Positions 38,978-52,334 are shown, counted from the stretch's first letter. The stretch is 64,000 nt of DNA from Chiloscyllium plagiosum (GCF_004010195.1 NC_057728.1:44435729-44499728), one strand, 5' to 3'. Notes: a model not told the origin generated them from the letters alone. Numbers and translations are program-made.

Positions 38978-40929
38978 GTAAATGGGTTATTAATTCATGG
39001 AGCTAAGCCAGGCATTGAAATGATGCCATGTGTGAACTGCATCAACAGAATCAGATGAGCAAGCCCTGTGTCTCAAATGGTGTTTTTAACTGATATCTTG
39101 TGAGAGTATAATACATTATTCTTCTTTGAACTGTGTATTTCAATGACTGTGTATTTGAATAGGCAAGATTAACAGATTTAAGTAGACTAAGCTTCTGTTC
39201 TAGATATCGTTATGGCTCTCATTGAATGATACTTTTAAAGAGTTATAAAAATGGTAGTTTTCTCTAGAGCAAATTGTTCAACTTTTTTAGGGAACTTCAT
39301 TCTTGCAAGTTTTAAAGGACATAGAGATAGCACGGTGCATGAAGAGGCATAACGGAAGCAGAAAGTATGGAAGGAACATGGGGAATGGGGATATGGATGT
39401 TGCATGAAGAGGACACAAGAATTATTGTTAAGGCCTTGTAAAAATACCTGTCAAAAGCTTTTCATATCCAGGGTGTAGATCATAATTCCTCTGGCTGGCC
39501 ATACACCTTGTGAACTTGGAAAACTGACCTGGCTTAATGAAAATTGCAGGAGTACTATGAGACATCAATGATTGCAATGGAATCAAGCAAGTCAGCAACA
39601 TAAGACACGTTCTCGGCACTGACACCCTTTTACCACACTGGTGAAAATTGCCAGGAGTTGGGGAATCAGGTTTTTCACGATTTTAAAGGCAACCGAAGTA
39701 GCTGGGCTACATGAAAATATAGCCTACAGTCTTGGTCAGGATGTGGAAATGCTCCCAGTGCAGATTGAAAATACAATCCACTAATATTTCTGATATACCC
39801 TTTAACTCCTGAACTTGTCTTCCTTCTTGGTCTCTGTCCTGAATCACTGACATTTGAAAGATGTACAATTTGGAATGTCTGTGTTTAAAACAGGGAAAGA
39901 TTCTCATATGCACACAATAAATGAAGAAAATGTTCCTGGCCATCAAAAAAACACAAAACAAAATCAGGCAACTTCACTAAACCATTGATTAGAGTTCGTC
40001 TTTCCATAAGTCAACAGATATCCCATGATCAACTACACACTCTCAGAGCTGCAATGGATATTGATAGCCCCATCTAAATAAAAAACAAAGCATCTGGACT
40101 TTTCCTTCTTGTTTGGTCTCATGGCAAGCAGAAGCACAATGCTTGGTAAATTAGAAGAATTAATTATCTATTTTGTCTATTAAATAACCATTTAAACAAT
40201 TATCATTTTATCCAGATACATGTTCAACTCAACTGTTTTAAGCATGTCGCTGCTTTTAAAGAAATGAGCTGTTTCTAATGAAAGGAAATCCAGGCCTGGC
40301 ACACATTATGCGCCAAAAAATACAGCAACAACAATTATTTTCATAGATTCCCTTCAGATGTATTTAATTTTGAACAACTAAAATTAAAGTGTTGCCTTTA
40401 TTAAGGAAGTTGTAATATCTTGGTGCAATTCCTGATCTACTTATATTAGACAATAAAAAGCAACCAAAATCTGGAGTTTGTTGGACTCGCATAAACACCC
40501 AGCTTGAAATGCGACTGTTTAAGTCATCATGGAACAAAACTTGAAATCTTCTTATTTACTTTACTTGGTAAAAATCTATCATAAAAATCCCAGATCTGAT
40601 ATATGCAGGATCCAGACTGCTGCACTGAAACTAATGAAGCACAATGCATCATGAAACATTTTGATTTGAAATGTGAATAATTGAGTTTTGCTTGATTAGG
40701 GTTGTTCATTGTTGCCTGTCGTTGGACACATCACAATGTTTCAAGTTCTGTGCCAAATAAAACATGACTGGTTGCCATCTGTGTTTACAAGCCTGACAAA
40801 TTAAGGTACCTTTGGAAATTGGAGATTTTGTAACAAAAAGCATTAATATTACTTTGTTAACTCATTGGGAGAAAGTGCACCCAGTTCTTAACAGTCATGG
40901 GAGAGAGGATCAATTTCCAAGCATTCCAA

Positions 40930-42785
40930 GCTAAGTCAGCATTCATTGCCTACCCTCAACTGCACTTGAGAAGATGATAGTGGAGGTGGTTGGGGAAGGT
41001 GATAACCTTCTGAACTAGAACAGTCCAGGTTGTATTTTAACTCAGTGCTGTTAGGGAGTAGTTCCAGGATTTGTCTCAGTGACAGTAAAGGAAAGGTGAT
41101 AAAGCTTCAAACCAAGTTGGTGTGTGATTTGGAAGGGGACTTTCATTTGGTGGCATTCCCAAGTATCTGCTGCCCCTGTTCTTTTGAATGGTTTATATTG
41201 TGGGCTTGGAACATTCTGCCTAAAAAGCCTTAGTGGGCTGTCACAGGGCATCCTGGATTAGTGGTGCTGGAAGAGCACAGCAGTTCAGGCAGCATCCAAG
41301 GAGCTTCGAAATCGACGTTTCGGGCAAAAGCCCTTCATCAGGAATAAAGGCAATGAGCCTGGAGCGTGGAGAGATAAGCTAGAGGACGGTGGGGGTGGGG
41401 ANNNNNNNNNNNNNNNNNNNNNNNNNNNNNNNNNNNNNNNNNNNNNNNNNNNNNNNNNNNNNNNNNNNNNNNNNNNNNNNNNNNNNNNNNNNNNNNNNNN
41501 NNNNNNNNNNNNNNNNNNNNNNNNNNNNNNNNNNNNNNNNNNNNNNNNNNNNNNNNNNNNNNNNNNNNNNNNNNNNNNNNNNNNNNNNNNNNNNNNNNNN
41601 NNNNNNNNNNNNNNNNNNNNNNNNNNNNNNNNNNNNNNNNNNNNNNNNNNNNNNNNNNNNNNNNNNNNNNNNNNNNNNNNNNNNNNNNCTTTCCAGCCCA
41701 CACCATGCCACTGAGAGTGTGTCCCGCTCCGGCCTTTCCAGCCCACACCATGCCACTGAAAGTGTGTCCCTCTCTGGGCTTCCCAGCCCATGTCATACCG
41801 ACATGAGGGGCCGACTGCACGCGGAAGCAAGAGTCCTGCTCCAGGTTTCACAGGCTGACTGACCGTCTCTGCAGCCATGCTGCCTTTGACAACATTGCCA
41901 TCGCTGCTATGGAGCACATCAAAGCCACTTCAAAGGTTCCCCTGTGTGGGAGAATTTAAAACCAGAGTGCATAACCTCAGAATAAGGGATTACACATTCA
42001 AGATATAGATGAGGAGGTACTGTGGTTTGTATATCTGTGGAAGAGTGAGGAGTAGTTTTGAATATTCTCCACTTGCCTGGATGAGTGTAGCTCCAATAAC
42101 ACTGAAGTAGCTTGAAACCATCCAGTACAAAACCACCTGCTTGATTGGCATCCCACTTAAATATCTTCATCATTCATTCTCTCTCCCACCAACGTAAACA
42201 GAGTGTACAATCTACTGGATGGATGCCAATCAAGCAGGTGGTTTTGTACTGGATGGTTTCAAGCTACTTCAGTGTTATTGGAGCTACACTCATCCAGGCA
42301 AGTGGAGAATATTCAAAAATACTCCTCACTCTTGTAATCACAGTATTCAGATGGCAAAGTCATCTTTGATCTTGATGGGCTGCCTATTATTATATGGCTC
42401 ATCCAGTTCAGATTCTTGGCAATGGCATTTAATTGCACCCATTGAATAGCAAAGGTAGATAATTGGATTCTGTTTTAATGGGATGGTCATTGCCTGGCAT
42501 TCCAGTGGCCTGAATAATACTTTTCAATTATAAGCCCAAGCTTGAATATTGTCCACTCCTTATGGTTTTGGAGACAGACTGCTTCAGTATCTCAGGAGTT
42601 GCAAATATTGCTGAACAGTGTGCATCAGAAATGACCTGAAACAAGCACAACCACCCTCCTTTGTGTTTGGTCTGATTCAAATAAACAGAGAAATGTCCAC
42701 CTACAGGCCATTGACTCCAGCTTTGAAAAGCCCACGTGATGCTGCACTCTGTTAAATGCTGCCTTGATGTTATAGGCATCTGTAA
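40930..42785 (-). mobile_element. CR1-group LINE (divergent, L2/Zenon-like) disrupted by PLE insertion and inversion
   Basis: EYSPLAWMSVAPITLK*LETIQYKTTCLIG peptide; related pieces at ~44625-44990, ~46940-47115, ~48750-48980 and 63455-63676. Confidence 0.65.
41253..41401 (-). mobile_element. PLE pLTR end with intact hammerhead motif, running into a gap
   Basis: Reverse complement reads ttattcCTGATGAagggcttttgcccGAAACGTCgattt. Confidence 0.85.
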
Positions 42786-44480
42786 GACCATAAGACAGAG
42801 GAGCAGAAATAGGCCATTTAGCTATCAAGCCTGCTCCACCCTTCAATGCAATCATGGCTGATCTGATAATCTTCAAATCTACTTTCCTGCCTTTCCCCCA
42901 TAACCTTGGGTTTCCTTACTGATTCAAAGTCTGCTCATCTCCTCCTTGAATATACTTAATGACCCAGCTTCTAGAGCCCCTTGTGGTAAAGAATTTCACA
43001 GATATACAAACCACAGTACCTCCTCATCTATATCTTGAATGTGTAATCCCTTATTCTGAGGTTATGCACTCTGGTTTTAAATTCTCCCACACAGGGGAAC
43101 CTTTGAAGTGGCTTTGATGTGCTCCATAGCAGCGATGGCAATGTTGTCAAAGGCAGCATGGCTGCAGAGACGGTCAGTCAGCCTGTGAAACCTGGAGCAG
43201 GACTCTTGCTTCCGCGTGCAGTCAGGCCCTCATGTCGGTATGACATGGGCTGGGAAGCCCAGAGAGGGACACACTTTCAGTGGCATGGTGTGGGCTGGAA
43301 AGGCTGGAGCGGGACACACTCTCAGTGGCATGGTGTGGGCTGGAAAGCCCAGAGCGGGACACTCTCTCAATGGCGTGGTGTGGGCTGGTGTAGCCCAGAG
43401 TGGGACACACTCTCAGTGGCATGGTGTGGGCTGGAAAGCCCGGAGTGGGACACACTCTCAGCGGCATGGTCTGGGCTGGAAAGCCCAGAGTGGGGCACTC
43501 GCTCAACAGCATGATGCGGGCTGGAAAGATCGGAGCGGGATACTGTCTCAGCGGCATAATGTGGGCTGGTGTAGCCCAGAGTGGGACACTCTCCACAGCA
43601 TGGTGTGGGCTGGGAAGCCTGGAGTGGGATTTTGGTGGTGGTATGCCGTAAGCAGTGGAGAAGGAACAGTTAGACTGTCTTTAGTTATCTTTTTTATTTT
43701 ATTCTGTGGATGGTGCTTATGTATAAATGGCAGTGCACACTATTCACTGTAGTTTACATTGAATGCACATGACAATAAAACAATATTCTAACTCATCGAC
43801 TCTGTCTAAGAATTTTGTAAGTTTCGATTCGGACAGCTCTTATTCTTCTATATTCCATCAAGTACAAGCCCAATCTATTCAATCAGTCTTCATGAGACAA
43901 TCAATCCATATCTGGTAACTGCCTAGTGAACTTTCTCAGGACTGCCTCCAATACCAATGTCTCCTTATTTAGATCAGGGGCCCAAAACTGTTTACTCTGC
44001 TCCAGGTGTGGTCTGATTAATGCCTTGTATACTTTTAGCAAAACCTCCCTACCTTTATGTTCCAATCGTTTTGAAATAAAGGCCAACATTTCATTTGCCT
44101 TCCCTATTATGTGCTGATCTTGGATGTTGCCTTTTTGTGATTCATGAATGAGGATTTCAGAATCCCTCCATTCTGTAAATCTGTACAATGACTTTTTTCA
44201 TTTAAATAATCTTTAATTCCTCTATTCTTCTTGCCAAAATAAAAGAAATCACATTTCCATCCATTATATTCCATCTGTCAAAGTTTTGTTCATACACTTA
44301 ATATATCTATATTCTTCTACAGACTCTTTGAACAATCCTCACCCCTTGTCTTTCCACCTATGTTTACATCATTTACAAACATGGCTATAATATATTCACT
44401 TTCCTCATCCAAGTCATTAGTATGTATTTATCAATAATTGTGGCCCCAGCACTGATCCACGTGGTCCATCATTTCTTATT
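42783..44480 (-). mobile_element. CR1 LINE 3' half, interrupted at ~43102-43792
   Basis: KANEMLAFISKRLEHKGREVLLKVYKALIRPHLEQSKQFWAP. Confidence 0.85.
43245..43630 (+). repeat. 45-bp minisatellite, about 9 copies
   Basis: Unit ggcatggtgtgggctggaaagcccagag(c/t)gggacacactctcagt; gggctgg recurs every ~45 bp from 43247 to 43607. Confidence 0.95.
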
Positions 44481-45074
44481 GGTTGCTGTCACCTCTCATT
44501 CTCTTAAATGCCAATTGATAAAGGGCTAACCTATTGCATAAGAAGCCCTTTCTCACAGTGGCATGGGAGAGACAAGAAAGAGACAAAAAAGGACTGAACT
44601 GTCATATTCACTTTCTTAAGAATTTTTGCATTCACTCTTGGGACGTGGACATCGCTGAAGACTGGTATCTATAATGCTGGAGACCTTTGAAGGAGGCTAA
44701 GATAAATCATCCACCTGACACTTCTTGCAGAAGGTTGTTGCAAAGCTGTAGCCTTATATTTTTACTGATTTGTTGGACTCTCCTATCATTGAGGATTGGA
44801 ATACTTGTGGAGCCTCCTACTCCATGTGTTGTTTAATTGTTAACCAACATTTATGACTATATGTTGCACATCTACAACTGAATGTGGCAGGACTGCAGAG
44901 CTTAGATCTGATCCATTGGTTGTGGGATTACTTATCTCAGACTATAAAACAACATGGACAGCAAATGCTGCTTGATCACACATTTGATTACATCTTCCAC
45001 AACTATTTGATCTTTGTGAGTAAACGGTTCGGTCAGTAATGTAGAACTCAAAAGACTTTTTAAGTTTTACTTCA

Positions 45075-45400
45075 GCTGTACAGGACTGGTAGGACCCCAC
45101 CTCAATATTGTGTAGTGTTTTTGTCTCCTTATGTGAAAAAAAGGGATATAATTGTGTTAGAAACAGTTCACTCAACTCAACTCATCTGTAAGATGAAAGA
45201 CTTCTTGGGAAGAAAGGTTGAACAGGGTTAGCCCTTCAACAATTCGCATTTTAAAGAATGAGAGATGACTTTATTGAACTGTACAAGATCCTGAAAGAAT
45301 TTAATTCTGAGAGAATGCTTCCCCTTGTAAGAGAAATTCGAACTAGAGAACACAGTTTAAGAATAAGAGGTCCCCTTTTTTAATCTGAGGTCATCAGTCT
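45075..45400 (+). mobile_element. Old CR1 RT C-terminal fragment
   Basis: ctgtacaggactggtaggaccccacctcaatattgtg.. and RMRDDFIELYKILK. Confidence 0.7.
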
Positions 45401-48149
45401 GTGTTCTTATGGTCATTGCATATTTATTTTCCTTCAGCTGCTGAAAAAGTCATCAACTATAATAATCACAAGAGTAACATAGTGAGAGCTTTTTTTTGCT
45501 CATTGAGCAAAAAAAAGAACAAAAAACTAAAGCACAGACCAAGATCTGTAATATTAACATTCCAGCACAAATAAGCTAATTAGCAAAGAGCAAAGCTCAT
45601 TGATGTTTGCATCAGTAATTTCAGTTAAAATGACATAAAGGTCATGAACATTTGTGGTGTGATAGCTCAAAATATCAGTGATCCAGCATGTTTATAAACT
45701 TAGAATCTTTACTTATTTTTCACATGTGGAAGAACTTCACAGATATTATGAAGAATTACCCTTTCCCAAGTGGCTAAAAATGCTGAAATATGAAATATTA
45801 TTAACCATATGGAGGTTGGAGTTAGATTTCATGATTGCATTAGGAAAGTTTTTGCATAAAAGTGCACTGTAGTGTGTCATGTTTTACCACTGTGCAGTGT
45901 TGAATGTAGGTGTACAGCAGGATACATCTCTCATATCTAAAGATAGTCATAGGCTCATATTGATTCCTACCACAGATTTTGGCAATCCAACTCAAATAAA
46001 ATGTGATAGATTTGATAAGTTACTTCCCCATTACAAATCTATTTTTTGAATTGCTTTGTTTTTGCTTTAGACATGCAAAGTATTTTCATCTAATAGAAAT
46101 TTTCAGCAATAATTCTCAAGTGTTTGATCTTAAACACCCATTTCCCAAAGGTAGAAGTGGTTTGCTTATCTTTCTTTTACATATTTTACTAGAGTATACA
46201 GAAGGAATTCATTCGCTGTTCTGTTAAGTTTCTGTTATTTCTCTTGATATAACAACCTTTATGCTGATATGTTAAGCAAATGAAATTTAAACCTTTTGGT
46301 GAATGCCATTCAAAGTCATCTAATACACATCTGTGCTCTGAAGGGATTTATTTGGAAGTCAGCATGAACATTCAGATTAATTTAGAGTTCACATAAATAG
46401 TCCTACCACATTTTCCAGAGTAATTGACACCTCAGATCTTTATGGGTGTATTACAATAAATTCTATTGCAAACACATTGAATCACATCCCATGATGAAAG
46501 GTGCTTCTCCACAAACTAGTCAGCTCACCCAAGCCCAGAAACTCCCTGTTCTTGTAAAAAAATGTTGAGACCGACCACTCCACCGACTCCATGATCCTAG
46601 ACCCAATTTCCATGCATCACTTCCCCACTCAGTCACTTCATATCCAAGCTCTACCACACATTCACTGAATGCCACGATCATCTGCAAGTGTGCTTGCTGT
46701 GCCTTGCTGCTTCTAGTCTTCCTGCTATGCAACAGTTCAGTCTATCAATGTAGCTAAATCCTGTGCAGAAAGTGGAAGACAATGAGGTGTTATCATTAAA
46801 CCTGACAGCTCCTCCACACCCATGACTATTGTATAAAGATTCTGAAAGAGTTAGTATTGAAGCTGCATTAAGCTCCATCTAATCTGATGATTTCACATGG
46901 TCTTTGCATTGAAGAGAAGCAGTCTACTATAAAATCCTGATGGTGACTGACACATCATCTCTAGCTCCTGATACTTTTTGTAATTATTCCTAACTAGTTT
47001 GTAGTATTGGAACTTCAGCATTCAAGAAGGCAACTCACCTCCACCTTCTCAAGTACATCGAGCGAACAACAATAAATGTTGTACCAGATAATACCACATA
47101 CATGCCATGAATGTATAAAATAACTGGAAAGTTACAGAGATCTCATAGAAGAACCTGTTAGAGCTGTTCAGAGCTCCCTGACAAAAGTTAGAAATCCCTG
47201 ATGGCAGGGGATAAAGGTTTAAGATTATGGTGCAAAAGAAAAGGTTGCGAAGGATAGAATTGAAAGGAAGCACTTAGCCTTCAAAACAAGGTTGGCTGCT
47301 ATCATGAGCAGGCTCGCTGAGGCATGGTTACTGTGGAGATAACAAGAAAATGAATTTAAGCCAAGGCTTCAGTATCGAAAAGGCTGCAGAGTACATTTAA
47401 GGTGACTAAAAGGCACTTTAAGATGTAATGAACTCAGAAACTCACAGAAAAATGATGGTTACTATGATAAAAATAATGCATTCATTAATTAAACCCATAA
47501 TTTTGACTTGTAAGGCTGCAGCCACAAAAGTTTATGTTTAAAAATTGTGCAAAGAGATGTGCATTGGGGTTTACACCATGAAAGGCAGGAAAACATCCAT
47601 TTGTCTGTGAAGGTGTGCAACCTTCTTAACAGCAATCTTAACAGTAGATAGTGAAAAAAACCCCACAAGGCTGGAATCTACCATTTTGATCATAAAACTT
47701 GAAAAATCCAAGTGAATAATTCAGAGATTCAGCACTACCATAACTCTCATTTTAAAGGTTAAGACTTGTAGACAAATAAAATACTGTAATATTGTCATTA
47801 CAGAAAGCTTAAAAGCTTGAAGAAACTTTAAGACAAGAGAATAAAAAGAGTATTCATTCAGTTTAATTCAGCATGAGAAGTTATAAAGCTATCAGCATTA
47901 AATGCTGCAGAGTAAATATCTATTCAAAAAATGAAACAAACAACGTTGAGGTACCACAGATTTGGAATAGCTTTAAATGAATAAGAATGAATAGCCACAA
48001 TAAGAAGAAATGACAGAGAAATAATATTACCATCTAAATTTAATGGCAGAAATGAACCAAATAGAACACAAGATTGGATGTCATGGAGAAAATAGTTCTT
48101 ATGTTACAAAATTGCTTAAAAATTTTAATATTAAATTGCAAGCTGAATA

Positions 48150-48520
48150 AGTACATTTACTGTTGCATTAAATAGGTCATATGACTGAAAAATTGTCAAA
48201 ATATAGTAAAAAGGGGCATAGCTAACTTTGAGGAAGTTCTATATAAGCTTGTGATTATGAATTCAGTCTGGGAACATATTCTTGAAAAAACCAGATTTAA
48301 CTGAAAAATTCAGCATCCAGTGAAATCCATGAATAAGTTGTTGAATTACCTCTAAAGATGGGTGGAGAACTGTTTGACTATAAGATTTGAAATCAAAATT
48401 CAAAACAGACAAAATTGTTTTTGGAATTATTGATGAGGCTTTGTCATATTTATTATAGCCTGGAAGATTTGACTTTGGAGAAAGCTATTCAAATTGAGTT
48501 GGAACCAGAGTCCAGAAAGA
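48150..48520 (+). mobile_element. Ty3/Gypsy gag relic
   Basis: Frameshifted peptides FEEVL, ILEKTRFN, KIQHPVKSM, DKIVFGIIDEALS, LTLEKAIQI. Confidence 0.7.
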
Positions 48521-49529
48521 ATCACAAAGAAATCCTGAGAAGAGAAAAAGGATAAACTTACCACAGAAGAACTACAAAACCAACCACCTCTACAGAATAT
48601 ACACTCTACAGATACATGTAAAAAGCCAAGACAGTGAGTAGAAGATATTAAAGATAATAATATACAGTGTCAGCCCCATGAAACAGAAAAAACCTCACAA
48701 GCAGAAGCAATGCCCAAAGATGTCAAAAGAATGCCATGTTTTTTATACTCACTTGCTAGGCTGGCATTTACTGCCCATCCTTAGTTGCTCTTGATAAGTT
48801 GGCCCTGAGCGTCCTTCTTGAATGGCTGCAGTCCATTTTGTGTACAAATGCTCACAACACTGTCAGGGAGGAAATTCCAGGATTTTGACCCAACGACACT
48901 GAAGGAAAGACAAAATATTTCCCAGTCAGCATGGTGAGTGGCTTAGAGGGGAACTTGCAAGTTGCCAGTGGTGTTCCCAGTCTTGTAAAACTATATGTTA
49001 CTTTCAGTAATAGTGCAGACAAAGGGCAGTTTCACAACAGCAAAAAATGATAAGGATGAAGCATACAAATACATGGCAGAACAGTCATCAATGACTGAAC
49101 ACGATTCCTAAAACATTCTCTAGGAAATTGGTGATCCAACCAGGTGATGTACTGCTTCAAGCTTAAATTTAACAGAACCGTGAATGCCAATTGACATCCT
49201 GTTAATTTTAAGTTTGATTCAAATGTGAGTGTCCCATTAGATCATATACAATGCTGACAAAACAGAAATTACAGCCTATAGAATAAAACAACATGCTACA
49301 GGTGGCATAACTTCAGAACAAATACATACTACAAGCATTACTGCAATATGGAGTGTAATGTTTACATAATTTGCAATGCACAATTTTAACTTTTGAGTTT
49401 ACTCACAAGTCTTGACCTGAGTATTCTTAAAATAGCAAAAGCAATAAACTAGTATTGATTGTCAATTAATACGCTAATTTAACTTTCAAAAGAACAACAA
49501 GTTCAGAAACAAATCATTTGTTTCTGAAT

Positions 49530-49709
49530 CCTCTGCGAATCCTCTCACAAGGATGCCTTCCTTGAAGAAGCTCTCTGCTCATTCCTGAAGAAGGGCCTGT
49601 GCCCGAAACGTCGAATCTCCTGTTCCCTGGATGCTGCCTGACCTGCTGTGCTGTTCCAGCAATAAAGTTTCAACTTTGATCTCCAGCATCTGCAGACCTC
49701 ACTTTCTCC
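49530..49709 (+). mobile_element. PLE terminal fragment with 14-bp TSD
   Basis: TSD cagaaacaaatcat (49504-49517 / 49710-49723). Confidence 0.85.
49581..49616 (+). ncRNA. Minimal type I hammerhead ribozyme motif, best-preserved copy
   Basis: AUUC-CUGAAGA-A-GGGC(CUGU)GCCC-GAAAC-GUC-GAAU; helix I AUUC/GAAU perfect; predicted cleavage after 49612. Confidence 0.75.
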
Positions 49710-49953
49710 CAGAAACAAATCATGTTGACGAATTGCGAAAGGGCAACTGAAAGAAGTTTTAATTGGGCTTCCGAACTTCATAGCAGAGCCTGAAAAGATG
49801 AAAAAAGTATGTTGAGATTATCTTTGTTAGCTAAGAGAATCATTCTATATTGTTAACTGCAAAGAAAACTGCAACTTCACAGAACTGATGGAACTGTTTT
49901 CCAATGTGTTCCATCATCACAAAAGAAAGTTCAGAAAACAATAGAGGACATCA

Positions 49954-50301
49954 GGTGGCACAGTGGCTCAGTGGTTAGCACTGCTGCCTCACAGTGCCAG
50001 GGATCTGGGTTTGATACCACGCTTGGGTGATTGTCACATTCTTCCCACATCTGCGTGGTTTCCTCTGGGTGCTCCAGTTTCCTCCCAACACTCCAAAGGT
50101 GTGCAGATTGGTGGATTATCCTCACTAAATTGCCCATAGTGTCCAGGAATGTACAGGCTAGGTGGATTAGCCATGGGAAATGCAGAGTGACAGGGATAAG
50201 GTAGGTGGGTGGGTCTGAGTGGGAGGTTTTTTTGGAGGATTGGCATCAAATCGATGGGCCAAATAGTCTGCTTCTACACTGTAGGGATTATATGATTCTA
50301 T
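49954..50301 (+). mobile_element. HE1-like V-SINE
   Basis: tRNA-like head and acactgtagggatt..atgattctat tail. Confidence 0.85.
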
Positions 50302-50491
50302 CCTGAGCTGAAAATGTGTTACTGGAAAAGCGCAGCAGGTCAGGCAGCATCCAAGGAACAGGAGAATCGACATTTCGGGCATAAGCCCTTCTTCAATTCT
50401 CCTGTTCCTTGGATGCTGCCTGACCTGCTGCGCTTTTCCAGCAACACATTTTCAGCTCTGATCTCCAGCATCTGCAGCCCTCACTTTCTCC
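50302..50491. mobile_element. PLE-derived hairpin insertion in the SINE tail, 14-bp TSD
   Basis: ~63-bp inverted arms (50305-50367 / 50396-50458); TSD ttatatgattctat (50288-50301 / 50492-50505). Confidence 0.9.
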
Positions 50492-50874
50492 TTATATGAT
50501 TCTATGACAAATATTAGCAAAGTTTGCAGAAGAAGCAGATAAAAAGAACAAGAATGAGCAATTCTATCCACTTCACTTGATAAATTCCTGACTGAAGATG
50601 TTCAGACAGCACTGAACAAATTGAAACAGTAAGCTGTGACTTTGTTGTCAGATAATGCATTGGCTCAAGATTTAGGAGCAACATTTCAATTCTTTGTCTT
50701 TTGAAGAAGAATTAACAGAGTTAACACTGAATAAGTGACAATCCTCCAGTACCACAACTAAGAATGTCAAGTACGAAAGGGGCATCCACAGAGGGTAAAT
50801 AAAGATATTCAACATACTCAACAAGTTGAAGGAAAGAACTTATACACTTCAATACCAAGGTATCAAAATAAAAT

Positions 50875-51510
50875 CATTGAGTTATACAGCAATGAAACAC
50901 ACTCTTTGGTCCACCTTGTCCTTGCTAACCAAGTTTCCCAAACTAAACTAGTCCCACTTGACTGCATTTGGCCCATATGCCTCTAAACCTTTCTTATTCA
51001 TGTACCCATCCAAATCTCTTTTAAATCTTGTAACTGTTACTCTATCCATCACTTCCTCTGGCAGTTCATTCCACACACGAATCATGCTCTGCTTGAAAAC
51101 GTCGCCCCTCAGGTCTCTTGTAAAACTTTCTCCTCTCACCTTAAAAATGTGCTCCTTAGTTTTGAACTCAACTACTCTGGGGAAAAGACCTTTGTTATTC
51201 AACTTATTTATGCCCTTCATGATTTTATAAATCTCTGTAAGGTCACCTGTCAACTTCCTACATGCCAATGAGAAAGGTCCCAGTCCATCCAGCCTCTCCT
51301 TATATGTCAAACACTCCCGTTCTGACAACATCTTCATAAATTTTTTTTCTGAACCCTTTCCAATTTAATAAAATCCTTCCTATAGCAGGATGACCAGAAC
51401 TGTACACAGTACACCAAAAGTGGCCTCACCAATATCCTGTACAACCTCAACGTGGTATTCCAACTCTTATACTCAAAATCCTGAGCAATGAAGACAAGCA
51501 CGCTAAACAG
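50875..51510 (-). mobile_element. CR1 3' end
   Basis: LYRILVRPLLVYCVQFWS..KLTGDLTEIYKIMKG. Confidence 0.9.
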
Positions 51511-51539
51511 AGTGAAAGGAAAGCATTTCTTCAACAAAT

Positions 51540-52033
51540 TAGAGATGGGTTGCAGGCCACACTGCACTTATTACAATGGAAGAACCTAGTACAAGACATC
51601 CTTGGTTGGCTAGAAGGATCATCTCAATATTGGAACCAGGAATCAAAGACCACTGAACTGACTTTCCAGTTTTCCTACTTCCAATAATGCATTTTCCCTC
51701 TTTGTTTCTCTGTGTGACTGTGTCTGTGTCCCTGATTCTGTGTGACTGAGAGAGAGAGATGAGGGGAGTTTATAAGGGGATTAGAGTTTTAGTTGGTAGT
51801 GTTAAATGCTAATGTTATATATCTGTCTATTTGTAACTATAGTCTAATTACTTGCACCAAATTATGATTCTTGGTTAGTACTGAAACTCAGTCTATGCTT
51901 TCGATCAACCTTGATCTGAAAGTCAGGTAAATTGGAGTGCTATGAATACTTTTAAAAACAAAACTTTTTAACTTTGGTATGACTCCAGAATGACGGGGCC
52001 CAATTTAAGATGTTCTACCCCTGGGGCCGTAAC
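51540..52033 (+). mobile_element. LTR 3' portion
   Basis: Ends ggggccgtaaca; similar to 23000-23260. Confidence 0.5.
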
Positions 52034-52334
52034 ACTAGGGAATCTAACTTTTCTGTGGACACATGCTCATTCTCTCCAAAGGAATTGCAGGCCTGTGAGT
52101 AGCAGGTTGTTAGTCACAAGGCCTTGCCGCTATAGTTGCTGGTGGTTAATTTAACCCTCACCTGAGGTTGAGAAAAACACAGTCTAAGTGGCGCCCATGC
52201 TGATCTTCTTCATCAGAACTCTGAAGTGAAGTTCAGGCCTCTAAGTATCTGACATAGATAACCTCGCCAATAACGTAAAGCACAAGAACTGTGAATAAAA
52301 CCTTTCAGACAAAGCAGCAATAAGTACTCAGTAC

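Noticed and set aside
43119..43752. Repetitive ORFs (THSQWHGVGWK / HTLSGMVWAGK)
   Set aside because: Arise in several frames and both strands because the 45-bp unit is a multiple of 3 and stop-poor; no coding evidence
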